This document shows positions 36,521 to 47,221 of a stretch of DNA of 64,000 bases, piece by piece. The position numbers and the translations under genes were made by a program. Below the pieces are notes generated by a model. It was not told the DNA's origin. It searched no databases and worked only from the letters and a program-made list of their open reading frames with translations. Positions within the stretch are counted from its first letter, which is position 1. Each line of letters starts with the position of its first letter. Source of the DNA: a virus; IMG/VR virus record IMGVR_UViG_3300035701_000016, positions 1 to 64,000 of that record. One strand, 5' to 3'.

Positions 36521-37666
36521 CTACGTATTCATATCCGAGAATGTAACGGATAAACTATCAATAGATGATTTCACATCGTTACCGATCTCAACTACTCTCA
36601 TGGTAACAGATTCTTCGTCATCTATCATAGTAATTTTATCTCCGAGAAAGAAATGTTTGCCATAACAACATGAAGGTTGCATAAGAGGAGTAAAAGTAAC
36701 TTTCTTCTTCGGAGACTCCTCATTCAGGACACCATCTCCAAATGTTTCCATTTCTGATTCAAACCCATCCTGAGATCTAGATATTTCTATTCTATTCCAC
36801 GGAGAGTCCAGTACAGAAGGTTTGTATCTTGCAATCTTTTCTCTGGTAGATTCATCCCCACTTCCCAGAACAGTAATGACATTATGTTCAGATATTCTGT
36901 CATATGTATTGTTAAGATCAGAGATATTTCCTCTGTCAAGAGAGAATATGACAGGAAAATTTCCTGCCGTATTCAAACCAGTGGTATGATCTAATCCTGA
37001 AGTAGTTCTATTTTCACCCAATTGATCTGTATAGGTTTGAAATACAAATTCGTTGGAAGTCCAATCGAAGTATACTGCAAAATCTATAGATGAGAAGTCG
37101 GCTATTTCTGACACTACATCAAGCAGATTAGCGTAGGCTCTGTCACCTTCCCATACAATTCCAAGTCCGGTAGTAGGTTCTACACGAAAGTTAGGAAGAA
37201 CACCCGATATCACTCTACCATTTGCTACAGTAGCTGAAGGACCGCAGTTTTCTTCCACATACTCCTTCATAGCGGTCTCAGAATACTGGTATTTATAAGA
37301 TCTAATGGTAGCGGCAGGATAATTTATAATTGTTCTAGCTAGTAAATCATTCAATCCTACCCCGGAACTCTCGAATGTAACCACTCCAGTACTACTCACA
37401 TCTCTTGATCTTTTTCTATGGAATCCTAGAAATTCTTCGTAGAAATCAATACCAAGTCCCGGAAGAGATCTTAGTACTTGAATAGTACCATCTAGTTCGA
37501 ATAGAAATCTTCTCTGATCATCTCCGGATATTTTGAAGGAATATGATCCAACGCCATTTACCTGCTTCTTGTACGAAAGATATTCCCAGGAATCAAATAC
37601 AGCCACTACATTAAAGGACTGATTCCTGAGAACAACTTTGCATTTTGAAGCAATAGAATCCATCAT
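36521..37666 (-). CDS. Siphovirus Gp37-like minor tail (hub) protein
   Basis: NGVGSY, VIFSLDRGNI, YGKHFFLGDKIT; follows the distal tail gene. Confidence 0.75.
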   Translation of the reverse strand: MMDSIASKCKVVLRNQSFNVVAVFDSWEYLSYKKQVNGVGSYSFKISGDDQRRFLFELDGTIQVLRSLPGLGIDFYEEFLGFHRKRSRDVSSTGVVTFESSGVGLNDLLARTIINYPAATIRSYKYQYSETAMKEYVEENCGPSATVANGRVISGVLPNFRVEPTTGLGIVWEGDRAYANLLDVVSEIADFSSIDFAVYFDWTSNEFVFQTYTDQLGENRTTSGLDHTTGLNTAGNFPVIFSLDRGNISDLNNTYDRISEHNVITVLGSGDESTREKIARYKPSVLDSPWNRIEISRSQDGFESEMETFGDGVLNEESPKKKVTFTPLMQPSCCYGKHFFLGDKITMIDDEESVTMRVVEIGNDVKSSIDSLSVTFSDMNT

Positions 37667-38607
37667 ATTCCTATGTATCTAACGTAGTATTCAAGAGTGA
37701 CGGTAGAAGTAATGGTTGTACCGGAACCCGATATGGTAAAATCGTTACGACCACCGGTAGAAGCTGGTAGTGGAGCCTCCGGATCCGGAGCTATGTGGAA
37801 AGTGGTTATACTACTTTCCTCAGTTATAGATCCCATAAGATTTATGCCGAGATCATTGACGACCGATTTGTTACCGTAGGGTAGATCAATATAAATAGTC
37901 TCTCCAGACATAATAGCATAATTCAACTCAATAAATTCACCTGTGGTAACGTTAGTGATCTTGAATCCAGTCATAGGTCCTGTGATTATTATCTTGGGAT
38001 AAGATAACCAGGATCCAGGATATATCACGTATTTTGAGTCAGAGTATGATTCTTCTGACAGAGTAAATGAGAAGGTGAAAGGAAGAATCCAGAATGATGA
38101 CAATGCCGGATCGTATAGTAATGACCATGACAGTCGGTCAATATCCGGATCAAAGAATACGGGATCATGAGCTACAAATCTTAGAGTCTCCGCATAACCG
38201 AACTCATCCCATCGATCAAGATTTCTTGCATTGAATATTGGACCCTGCTCTATGAAAACATAAATATCTCTCATGGAACCGTCAGGAAATTTCTTTCTGA
38301 GAACTCCTGTATTCATCTTATGGATAAGATTTCTGTTGGGTCTGATGGCGTTAAGTAGAGCAGTTCTATTGATCCAGAACTCATCTCGTGAACAACTATT
38401 CTGTCTTACCAGCATTTGTATTGTTCTCTTACCAAGTCTATAGTCTAGAACAGTTTCTCCATGCTGATATGGACCCTGTTGAGTAATATACTCAATAGGT
38501 GGCATTCCCAAACCCTCTTCGGTAAGAAGGAATCTGGTACTGGTATCGAAGTGGTACTCCTTGCCGTCAGGAGATATGTATGAGGTAAATTCTAATACAT
38601 CTGTCAT
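37663..38607 (-). CDS. Distal tail protein (Dit)
   Basis: GLGMPP...GP.QHG, DPVFF, YPKIIITGP; directly after the tape measure gene. Confidence 0.8.
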   Translation of the reverse strand: MTDVLEFTSYISPDGKEYHFDTSTRFLLTEEGLGMPPIEYITQQGPYQHGETVLDYRLGKRTIQMLVRQNSCSRDEFWINRTALLNAIRPNRNLIHKMNTGVLRKKFPDGSMRDIYVFIEQGPIFNARNLDRWDEFGYAETLRFVAHDPVFFDPDIDRLSWSLLYDPALSSFWILPFTFSFTLSEESYSDSKYVIYPGSWLSYPKIIITGPMTGFKITNVTTGEFIELNYAIMSGETIYIDLPYGNKSVVNDLGINLMGSITEESSITTFHIAPDPEAPLPASTGGRNDFTISGSGTTITSTVTLEYYVRYIGI

Positions 38608-41600
38608 TAAGACCTCGCTAATGCCAAAGCCGCTCTAACGTCATAATATACAGATGATGGAGATTGCATATTTTCGTAGTTGGCATTCATGCTGACAAAT
38701 GTTCTATTGTCATTACTCACATTGGTGATCTGAGACATCACTCCACCTATGGCAGATATCGGAGAATAAGCATTGTCTCTAATTCCCTGATACATTCCTT
38801 CCATTATGTTAGCACCTATGTCGTAGAATACTCTAGATGGAGATCCCATGTCTAGGATCTTATTTACTTGAGCTATAATTCCATGCCAGAAATCTGAAAG
38901 ATTGGTAACAATCCAATCTTTAGCGGACAGTACTCCATCCCATAATCCATGAACCATATTCGCACCAGCATCAAAGAAACCTTTGATCCAGGTGGATATC
39001 GTACCTTTATCTCCGAATAGATAATTAACAAATCCATCTATTACTAAACGTAATCCACCTTTTTCACCAAATAGGAAATCCCAATTTTCCCTGAATGTTT
39101 TTACAAATTCCTCTACTTTCCACTTCAACTTATCAAACTCCATATACATAATTCCTCCCATATCCATTATGGTTCTCCACGCCTGAGGTCCTGCATTCTT
39201 AATGGTATATACTAGAAGAATTATAGCTCCAACTAATGCTAGAACCTCGAAGGCAGCTCCGGCAATGAGCAAAACCCAAGGATTCATAGACAGGATTAAT
39301 GCTGTGAAATCTATTCCAACGAATCCGCTCAAGAAATTCATGATGGATACAAATATGGTAGACTTTCCTATTATTTCAAATGCTTTCACAACGATCATAA
39401 TCAAACCTGCAGTCTTCAGCATATCTCCGAATAACTTTCCTGCAGCTCCGAACAATGACTGAAGACCTCCGATGGCAAGAATAACTCCTATTATGGTGGG
39501 AGCATTTTTTACGATATATCCTAGAAAATCCATGAGTGGAGGAATTGCTTTTATAACCAGATCCATGATGGCAGGAATCAACTTTTCAGTTACATTAGTT
39601 ATGACTCCTTTTATCATGGGAAAGAAATCCTCAGAGAAGAAATTTGTAATGGAATCAATAACAGAAACTATTCCATCCTTATTCTTACTCAGAGTTTCCC
39701 CGAAGGTTACGAATCCTTCAGCTAACAACTGAATCACACTTTTATCTCCCGGTTTAGTAAGAAACAAATTTTCAACTATAGTTCCTATTACTGCTCCAAC
39801 TGATTTAGCTATCCTACTTCCATCTTCCTCCCAGAATTTTCTGAGCTGAAGCATACCTTTTCCGATGGTATCTTTTAGAAGATCCCAGGAATACTGTAGT
39901 TTTGGAGTAAGATTTTTGAATGAATTTACGAGATTATCCCACAAACCTTTGAGAGGAGAAAATTTATCTCCTAACTGACCCCAGAATTCCTTAGCCTTAT
40001 CAAGAACGTTATCCCATAGATCCTGCATGGCTTTCTGAATCTCTCCGGTCTTGTCCTTGATACCTTGAGTTATTCCGGTAACAATACTTTTTCCAGCCTT
40101 AACACCATAGTCTTCAAATCCCAGAGCTGACGCAGTAAGATCCTCATTGGCTCCAGCAGCTTTCTTGGCTTCCTTCTCTGCATCAGCTTTGGCTTTGTCG
40201 GCCAGATCTTTCTGTCTCTTTAGTTCATTATTCATGTCAATTTGAGCCTGCAAAGTCTGCTTCAACGCTTCTGCCTGAGCTTTAGCAGCATCTGCATTAG
40301 CCTGAGCAATCTCTTTTATCTGTTGTTTCTCTAACTCAACTCTTTCCTTCAGAGCCTTTTGTTCCTCTTGATATCCTTCTATCTTAGCCTTTATCATATC
40401 CAAAGCAGCTTCTTTTTCTAATTCTTTATCCCTAATCTGCCTCTCAACCATGATTTGGGCTCTTTCATTTATTAATCTTTCCTTTTCCTTCTCTGTAAGA
40501 ATCTTAGTAGCCAAAGCATTATCTATATCCTGAACTCTAGTCATGTCAACTTGCTGATCTTTCAACTTTGTTAGTTGACCATTAAGTAGTCCAAGAATTG
40601 CATCATACATGCTCATAGTACGATTCAATTCTGCCTGAGCAGCAGCAAGTTTCTTGTCAACGGCAGCCAGACGAAGAGAATCAGAGGCATAATTGGATAT
40701 TAAATTGGATAGACCACCAAACATAGAAGCTATATTTTTGATATCTCCGAATGATGATATTCCTTTTCCAAATACATTCACAGATCCGGAACCTGAGAAT
40801 TTCAGCATGGAATTAACAGCCTCTAGGATATTGGCTGCTTTAGTGTACTGAACGGTAGCAAGTATGAAATTACTCATTTCCTGGGATGCGAATCCAGCGG
40901 CATTCATAATGCCATTTATTGCTTCTACCGTTATGTTTCCGAAATGAGAAAACTGATCAACAGCTTGAGCTATAAGTTTTTCAGTTTTTATAATTCTACC
41001 GGAAATTTCTACATCGGTAAGAATGCTTCCCCATGATTTTATAGCTTTAGACATCATGTCAGATATATCAGTAAATACAGAGAAGTCCTGAACTTTCCAT
41101 CCTTCCATGTAAGATGCCATAGCCTGCGTTCCCCATAAGGTAAGTTCAGGTAGAATCTTCGGAGGACTTCCTGCTTGAAGCCAATAAGTAATAGTATCAG
41201 CTACTGATGTAAGAGCATCAACTACGAATATTAACGCATTAGCCATTCCATCGGCAAAAGCTAGAATAATATTCTCTCCCCAGGTGAACATATTCGTCGT
41301 AAGATCAGTAAAGGAAGTTCCGAAGAATCCTAGGACATCTCCTATGAACTGGGTTACTCCGGACAATCCTGCGGATGCATTTTCTGCCAGAAGCTTTATG
41401 TTAGCCGCAAGAGTTAGAACAACCTTGGAGACATCATAGGTGGTAGGTCTACCTATACCTATCATAGCAAAAAATTCACCGAAGGCTGGAACTACTACGG
41501 ATTGAACGGTAGCAGCCAATTTGTCGAATCCGAATAGCAGAGTCTGCCCCAAATTTCCGGCTATTGCATAGTTTTCCGGAGTTAAGACAGATTGCAACAT

Positions 41601-42533
41601 ATCCTGCATTGTTCCAGCAATTCTATCCGCTATAGGACCTAGAACTTCGTATCCTAACAAGGACTGGATTAGATCTTTGATATTATTCTGAACTGCTAGA
41701 AATGTTCTTGACATTCTAGTCATAGCATTGGGAAAATCTTCGTCAACCATTTTCACGAATTCTGCCACGAATGCCTTCGCAGAAATCTTTCCGGTAGAGA
41801 ACATTTTGAGAATTTCTGCTCTTGCGACTCCCATTTGTTTTCCAAATCTGTCGGCAATAGTTCCTATTGGAACGAAACTGTTGGACAGGTCACGCAACTC
41901 ACGACCGGTTGGCTTTCCCTGAGCTACCATCTGACCCATATTATAGATAATTCTTCTAAGAACCTCATCTCCTAGACCCATAGCCGCAGTGAAGTTACCT
42001 ACAGATTCAGTAAGTTTCTTAGATTCAGGAACAGTAAATCCATATGCTTGTGCAAGAGCCAGAACATGACCTACATCCTCTACGGAGAAAGGAGTAGTGA
42101 CAGCTAATTGCCTGACCCAATACAGTAAGTCCTGAGCTTGACCTGCCGTTTCTCTTAGAGCAGTTGCGATGGGAACTCCGAATTGTCTGGCATAGTCTCT
42201 AGCTGCAAGAGTATCAAACTGAATTTTCATAGTTTGAAATACAGATACAGCAGCAACAGCCTCGTTCGCAACTCCTACTATAGCTTTCTCTATATCTCTA
42301 AAAGTATCAGCCACTAGAATACTGAAAGTTACGTCACGAATTCTCTTCAGAGCAGAATCGAGACCTCCCATACTAGCTCCGGCATTCGTCATGCCTTTAG
42401 ACACGGAGTCAGCAAAGGATTTGGTTACAGTGTACATTCCAGATAGTATAGAATTATAGTTCTTAGAATTTTGCTGGACATTAGTTATGTCCATCATAGC
42501 TTTAAGAACGGTTGCTACTTCCTCAATAGCCAT
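38607..42533 (-). CDS. Tape measure protein
   Basis: 1308 aa, helical; LAVTTPF..., GQMVAQGK tape-measure domain; GSPSRVF near the C-terminus. Confidence 0.92.
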   Translation of the reverse strand: MAIEEVATVLKAMMDITNVQQNSKNYNSILSGMYTVTKSFADSVSKGMTNAGASMGGLDSALKRIRDVTFSILVADTFRDIEKAIVGVANEAVAAVSVFQTMKIQFDTLAARDYARQFGVPIATALRETAGQAQDLLYWVRQLAVTTPFSVEDVGHVLALAQAYGFTVPESKKLTESVGNFTAAMGLGDEVLRRIIYNMGQMVAQGKPTGRELRDLSNSFVPIGTIADRFGKQMGVARAEILKMFSTGKISAKAFVAEFVKMVDEDFPNAMTRMSRTFLAVQNNIKDLIQSLLGYEVLGPIADRIAGTMQDMLQSVLTPENYAIAGNLGQTLLFGFDKLAATVQSVVVPAFGEFFAMIGIGRPTTYDVSKVVLTLAANIKLLAENASAGLSGVTQFIGDVLGFFGTSFTDLTTNMFTWGENIILAFADGMANALIFVVDALTSVADTITYWLQAGSPPKILPELTLWGTQAMASYMEGWKVQDFSVFTDISDMMSKAIKSWGSILTDVEISGRIIKTEKLIAQAVDQFSHFGNITVEAINGIMNAAGFASQEMSNFILATVQYTKAANILEAVNSMLKFSGSGSVNVFGKGISSFGDIKNIASMFGGLSNLISNYASDSLRLAAVDKKLAAAQAELNRTMSMYDAILGLLNGQLTKLKDQQVDMTRVQDIDNALATKILTEKEKERLINERAQIMVERQIRDKELEKEAALDMIKAKIEGYQEEQKALKERVELEKQQIKEIAQANADAAKAQAEALKQTLQAQIDMNNELKRQKDLADKAKADAEKEAKKAAGANEDLTASALGFEDYGVKAGKSIVTGITQGIKDKTGEIQKAMQDLWDNVLDKAKEFWGQLGDKFSPLKGLWDNLVNSFKNLTPKLQYSWDLLKDTIGKGMLQLRKFWEEDGSRIAKSVGAVIGTIVENLFLTKPGDKSVIQLLAEGFVTFGETLSKNKDGIVSVIDSITNFFSEDFFPMIKGVITNVTEKLIPAIMDLVIKAIPPLMDFLGYIVKNAPTIIGVILAIGGLQSLFGAAGKLFGDMLKTAGLIMIVVKAFEIIGKSTIFVSIMNFLSGFVGIDFTALILSMNPWVLLIAGAAFEVLALVGAIILLVYTIKNAGPQAWRTIMDMGGIMYMEFDKLKWKVEEFVKTFRENWDFLFGEKGGLRLVIDGFVNYLFGDKGTISTWIKGFFDAGANMVHGLWDGVLSAKDWIVTNLSDFWHGIIAQVNKILDMGSPSRVFYDIGANIMEGMYQGIRDNAYSPISAIGGVMSQITNVSNDNRTFVSMNANYENMQSPSSVYYDVRAALALARS

Positions 42534-42539
42534 ATAATC

Positions 42540-42780
42540 CTACTTCTTTACTTCCATCTCAAAACCTTGCATCATTCCTGATGCTTCAGTCTCAGCTATA
42601 AGAAGTTCCCTGAAGAACTTCGGAAGATTCCAAAACATTCTCGGGTCATGTATTCCCCAAGATTTCATAACCTCGAGATCCCTGAATAGTTCAGAGTATT
42701 CCCAGGATCCATTCTTTATCTTCAAATTTTCTAACTTAGTTCCCTTACCAGCCTGATGCTCAGGATTCCATTCTATCCTG
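42540..42780 (-). CDS. Tail assembly chaperone C-terminal extension (frameshift product)
   Basis: Open +1 frame from the end of 42760-43320 to 42540; WGIHDPRMFWNLP. Confidence 0.65.
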
Positions 42781-43320
42781 AAAGGAGTTCTTAATCTTGT
42801 TCAGATCCTCCCGATTAACTCCGGTAAGACCTAAAACCAACTCCATTATCTTTGCCATGTCATCAGGATTGCCCAGAAGTTCAGTTTTCTTATACATGAG
42901 AAGTCTATCCTCTGGATCCTCGGGAACGGTGATACCCATCAGGGACATCTTTTTGAGCCATCTATTCTCGTCAGGAATCTCAACATCAACTCCATCAATG
43001 AGAACGATGGTCATAAGTTGTTCCGATGCTTTTGAAGCGGCAGCGTTTACCTTCTCCGTATATTCAATCCACGTAGCCTGCTCCTCCGGAGAGGATTGAG
43101 CTATAGACGCTTCGTCATGCTTATGAACCTCTATGCCTCCACCCTCGGTTTGTACGGTATAGGTAGGAGGCTCGGGCATTTCAAATGACGATGATGTCAT
43201 CTGGATCAAATAGGGAGGAATTGGTCTTAACTTGATCTCAATTCCTCTTGATGTGATATAGGTACTGTTTGAACTTCCATCAATTCTTCGATGAAGTTCA
43301 TCGACATCTTTTCTAGACAT
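42760..43320 (-). CDS. Tail assembly chaperone
   Basis: Between the major tail and tape measure genes. Confidence 0.75.
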   Translation of the reverse strand: MSRKDVDELHRRIDGSSNSTYITSRGIEIKLRPIPPYLIQMTSSSFEMPEPPTYTVQTEGGGIEVHKHDEASIAQSSPEEQATWIEYTEKVNAAASKASEQLMTIVLIDGVDVEIPDENRWLKKMSLMGITVPEDPEDRLLMYKKTELLGNPDDMAKIMELVLGLTGVNREDLNKIKNSFQDRMES

Positions 43321-43334
43321 AACTAATCTCCCCG

Positions 43335-43388
43335 AGTCTCGAATTCATGGGGGATCGGGGAGTAATCCTTATCCATGAATTCGAGACT
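43335..43388 (-). promoter_or_regulatory. 16-bp inverted repeat with anti-SD loop upstream of the chaperone gene
   Basis: AGTCTCGAATTCATGG/CCATGAATTCGAGACT; loop CTCCCCGA is complementary to TCGGGGAG. Confidence 0.6.
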
Positions 43389-43415
43389 ATTGAAATGTTT
43401 AAAAGATCTCCCCAA

Positions 43416-44879
43416 TTAGGATACTGGTTGGACTTTCCCAATGAAGCCAGTACCGCCAGAAATTTTTCCGACAACATAAGCCAGTTTGGATGAAACTACC
43501 TTGACGTCCAGAAATCCTGCATTAGTAATGGCAGGAAGAGCCATCCAGGAATATCCACCATCAATGGTCATCCAGATAGGAGCACTAGCTGCTGAACCAG
43601 CCGCAACTCCGAATAACTCTCCGTAGAAATCTATAGCAGCTACCACATTGGAGTTACGTTTTGTCCAGACGTCACCACCGTCCAGAGTGCAGAACATTCC
43701 ATCCGTACCCACCACGAAGGCATCCAACGAGGAGGTCATCTTGACATCCATAGCAACTGCGGAACCGGAAACAGCTCCGGCAGCTGACCAGGAAGTTCCA
43801 TCCGAGGTTACAGCAACCTGACCACCGGTATAGACAGCCATACCGTTGTATTCGTCATACATGCTGATGCCCTTGATAGCTGTCGCTGAGATAACTGCGG
43901 CTTCTTGCAAAGTCCAGGTTTCTCCAGCATCAGACGAGAAGTAAATCCTTCCCATATTGCTTCCGACCCAGATATGATAGCGATCAAGAGCAAACAAGGA
44001 ATGAGCTGACGAAACAAATTCCGTATTAACACTTCCAACAGCTACAAGACTCCAGGTTACTCCACCATTGTCTGAATAGGCAATATCCAGAGGACCAGCA
44101 TCGGTAGTACCACGAGCTACGATGATTCGGGTATCGTCTCTGCTCAACTTAAAGCAGACAACACCCTGAATATCCATGGCAGCAGCAAATGGATCAGCAG
44201 CAGCAGAAGCCCATGCACCTTCGTACAAGGAACGAAGAACATTGGCTTTGTTAGACGTGCTGCCTACCAGGAACTTGGATGAAGCCCACAAAGAATCTTC
44301 AGGACTCTGCTCTGCACCGCAGGAACCTTCGCAACGATCCTCTCCGCAGGTGGAGATACCCGTGATGTCTTCCGTATCCGAAATGGAGATTCTGGAGCAC
44401 TCCATGTTGAATACACGAAGAACTTCCTGGACAGATACTGCAAAGGACTGGGTTGATTCGCCCTCATCGGTAGGATTGCGGGATGCAAGTTTCGCAAGAG
44501 TGGCGGTAGTAATTTCAACACCGCCGAGCACGAAGGACCGATCAAAGTTGGTAAACACATCTCTACGACCGCAACTTACCTTGTGTACGAACAAGGTAAA
44601 CGGACACCCCTTGGCAGCAAGATCCTCGAGGTAGTCTGCGGTTGCACGAAGGTCGGTTTCAATGGTGGTTGTGATAGTTCCCGGAGCTCCCTTGAAGCTG
44701 TTCTTGACCTTGAACTTGCCTACCTGGGAAGGATCGGGACAATATAGGAGAGTTGAATCTCCCTTGGGTTCAGCAATATCGGCAACACTGTGACAGCCTA
44801 GATACCGAGTAATAGAGTTAGGACCGTTAGGCTGAACCCATAAAGACGCTTGACCTGCTAAGAAATTAACATCGGACAT
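43416..44879 (-). CDS. Major tail protein fused to BNR beta-propeller
   Basis: Position; N-terminal tube-like domain; SDNGGVTW, SSDAGETW, TLDGGDVW, TIDGGYSW. Confidence 0.7.
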   Translation of the reverse strand: MSDVNFLAGQASLWVQPNGPNSITRYLGCHSVADIAEPKGDSTLLYCPDPSQVGKFKVKNSFKGAPGTITTTIETDLRATADYLEDLAAKGCPFTLFVHKVSCGRRDVFTNFDRSFVLGGVEITTATLAKLASRNPTDEGESTQSFAVSVQEVLRVFNMECSRISISDTEDITGISTCGEDRCEGSCGAEQSPEDSLWASSKFLVGSTSNKANVLRSLYEGAWASAAADPFAAAMDIQGVVCFKLSRDDTRIIVARGTTDAGPLDIAYSDNGGVTWSLVAVGSVNTEFVSSAHSLFALDRYHIWVGSNMGRIYFSSDAGETWTLQEAAVISATAIKGISMYDEYNGMAVYTGGQVAVTSDGTSWSAAGAVSGSAVAMDVKMTSSLDAFVVGTDGMFCTLDGGDVWTKRNSNVVAAIDFYGELFGVAAGSAASAPIWMTIDGGYSWMALPAITNAGFLDVKVVSSKLAYVVGKISGGTGFIGKVQPVS

Positions 44880-44881
44880 GG

Positions 44882-45271
44882 TTATTTCTCCTTCTTGCTG
44901 AACTCGTTAGCCAAAGCAAGTAAATCAGATAAAGATATTCCAAAAGCTGACATTAAAGAGGATATTACAGCTTGCTGATTCCTCAGTATATCCTCTGAAA
45001 TCCATATACCATTTCTATGAAGAGCATTGGCAACATCCATGGGAGTTACCGTATGCTCTCTCAATCTATACTCAAAAGGAATACCATAAGATATTCCCAG
45101 TTCAAAATCTGAGAGTGAAATTTTTGCTCTGGTATCATCACCATACGGGATAACAGATTCGGTAGGAACTGACTTACGAACAGGATTTCCCTCCGGATCT
45201 GTGAACTCCACGAGAGTTGCAGAACCTTTTCCAAATATGATTGACACGTCTATAAGATTGGATTTTGCCAT
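44882..45271 (-). CDS. Hypothetical protein (tail/neck region)
   Basis: SD GAGG; in operon. Confidence 0.7.
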   Translation of the reverse strand: MAKSNLIDVSIIFGKGSATLVEFTDPEGNPVRKSVPTESVIPYGDDTRAKISLSDFELGISYGIPFEYRLREHTVTPMDVANALHRNGIWISEDILRNQQAVISSLMSAFGISLSDLLALANEFSKKEK

Positions 45272-45280
45272 AATTTCCTC

Positions 45281-45874
45281 TTAACTGAAGAACTTTAGAG
45301 TCTGACTGTCTTCAGCTTTCTTTAATTCCTCATTAATCTGATCTGCAAGAGATTTTTCTTCCTCTAGTTTAGTTTGTATTGACGTAGAAAAATCTCTAGC
45401 TTCAATTCCCGGCCAGTTTATATCCTGATTGAGGCTAAGATAGAACTCTCTAAATTTACTCTGCGAAGAAACCACCGTCAAAGAACCAGGACTGGATCCA
45501 GCTTTGAATGAGGCGTCTATACCATGCTTGAATTTCCATTGCGTTCCAGATTTCCTGGCATCTGCTCTCATCTTACCAGTAACGAAAGGTTTCTTAGACT
45601 TTATTACGTGTGCTGGAACACCTTTGTCAACATAATGAAATACAGGATCTTCCGTTCTTACTGTTACCATTACATATTCAGATCCTGCTCCAGTTCCCGA
45701 TAATTCAAAAGTAAATTGAGGTTTGTTTGTTGTATTCCAAGGTTTTACAATCTTTTCAAATTCTCTAACGGAACGAACTCCATACTTTCTCATTCCCTGA
45801 AGCATATAGAGTCTTCCATTCTCGATCTTAAAGCTAGGAGGTTTGTATGATATGAAACTAATAAGGGAAGCCAT
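45281..45874 (-). CDS. Putative neck/tail-completion protein
   Basis: YVDKGVPAHVI..K, WPGIEARDF; position. Confidence 0.6.
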   Translation of the reverse strand: MASLISFISYKPPSFKIENGRLYMLQGMRKYGVRSVREFEKIVKPWNTTNKPQFTFELSGTGAGSEYVMVTVRTEDPVFHYVDKGVPAHVIKSKKPFVTGKMRADARKSGTQWKFKHGIDASFKAGSSPGSLTVVSSQSKFREFYLSLNQDINWPGIEARDFSTSIQTKLEEEKSLADQINEELKKAEDSQTLKFFS

Positions 45875-46907
45875 GATAAGGTCCTATCAGAGCAGACATT
45901 CTAACCAGAGCCATGCCACAAGCCCACTTCCAAGCAATCCATGCTCCGTCAGATAAACCAAACGGACAATTCAATCTCTCAGCTGTAAGTATCTGAGGAG
46001 TAGTGTTGTCTCTTCTCCACATACTCTTAACAATATCACAACCACATGGTTCAGACGGCATCTTGGTATGAGCCAATCTTACTATGGTCATTTCAGCCTG
46101 TCGGGTCAATTTAGTTAGTCCCGAGTAATAATTCAATAACGAATGAGAATAATTTCTGCAACACGAACTAGAATTTGAATGAATTCCCACTTTTCCAATC
46201 TCTGCATCTTCTATTCTGATACAACCTGAATCATAGTCCGTGAGACAAAAGGATGTACAGTTATCTGAATTGAAATACACAAATTTTGCCTGAACAGAAT
46301 CATCATTGTGAATCCAGTGAACATCCACGGTATCCTGGAAGTTGGCATTATCACTGTAGTCTAAACCTTCTGGAGGATTATCCTGTAGCAGATAGTCTAC
46401 CAATCTACACTTAGGAATTGTGATCACAAGATTACCGCCAGCATAGGTTATATTCTTTACCGTAATCTCCTGATCAGTACCAGGATAGAATACATGAACT
46501 TCGCTCAAATCTGAAGGTACGGAGGCGGTAGCGATAGTAATTGTGCAGGGATCAGTAGCAAGACTGACGGCAGCACCATTTGAGATCACCTCCTCTTTCT
46601 GAACTCCGGCAGATATAAGTTTGCCCCACTTCGTAATAGCTGGAAAATTCAAACCTGATTGTTCATCAGTTGTCCACCTGGGCTTCAGAAAATATCCTAG
46701 AATTTCTTCAATTTCATCCTGAGCCTCAGAAAGATAATACTGAGCATCATCTCTTTGCTTCTTAGTCCATATTTCTCTACAGGCATACTGAATATTGGAG
46801 GGGTGAGAAACGCCGAAGAAGGCACACTCAGTATATCCTATGATCTGAGAATACCTTACTAATGATACAGCACCAGAAATTACTTCCTCACCAAATATAT
46901 CAGTCAT
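45858..46907 (-). CDS. Putative head-tail adaptor
   Basis: LSEAQDEIEEILGYF; YYSG; position after the capsid gene. Confidence 0.6.
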   Translation of the reverse strand: MTDIFGEEVISGAVSLVRYSQIIGYTECAFFGVSHPSNIQYACREIWTKKQRDDAQYYLSEAQDEIEEILGYFLKPRWTTDEQSGLNFPAITKWGKLISAGVQKEEVISNGAAVSLATDPCTITIATASVPSDLSEVHVFYPGTDQEITVKNITYAGGNLVITIPKCRLVDYLLQDNPPEGLDYSDNANFQDTVDVHWIHNDDSVQAKFVYFNSDNCTSFCLTDYDSGCIRIEDAEIGKVGIHSNSSSCCRNYSHSLLNYYSGLTKLTRQAEMTIVRLAHTKMPSEPCGCDIVKSMWRRDNTTPQILTAERLNCPFGLSDGAWIAWKWACGMALVRMSALIGPYHGFPY

Positions 46908-47220
46908 TTCTATTACCTGATCTTGACTCCAAAAAGCACTGAATCCCAGTTATTGCAAAGAATCCTAGGATCACATCTCCAACAACAGAAGGTACAAACA
47001 CTAGATAACATAACGGTATCGCAAACCATATTCCCAAGCAGAATGGACAGTTTATAAGTTTTGCGAAACTTACGATGAATCTGTTATCACTAACAGATGC
47101 ATGTCTTCCAGATACTATCCTGAGATTACTGAATATGTCAATCGGTCCTTCATCCAAACTTATCAACTCAGCCAAACGGTAGCAAGCGAGACCAGCAAGA
47201 ATTATTCTTACTATATCCAT
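46900..47220 (-). CDS. DUF1360-like membrane protein
   Basis: LACYRLAELISLD, LINCPFCLGIW. Confidence 0.7.
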   Translation of the reverse strand: MDIVRIILAGLACYRLAELISLDEGPIDIFSNLRIVSGRHASVSDNRFIVSFAKLINCPFCLGIWFAIPLCYLVFVPSVVGDVILGFFAITGIQCFLESRSGNRND

Positions 47221-47221
47221 T

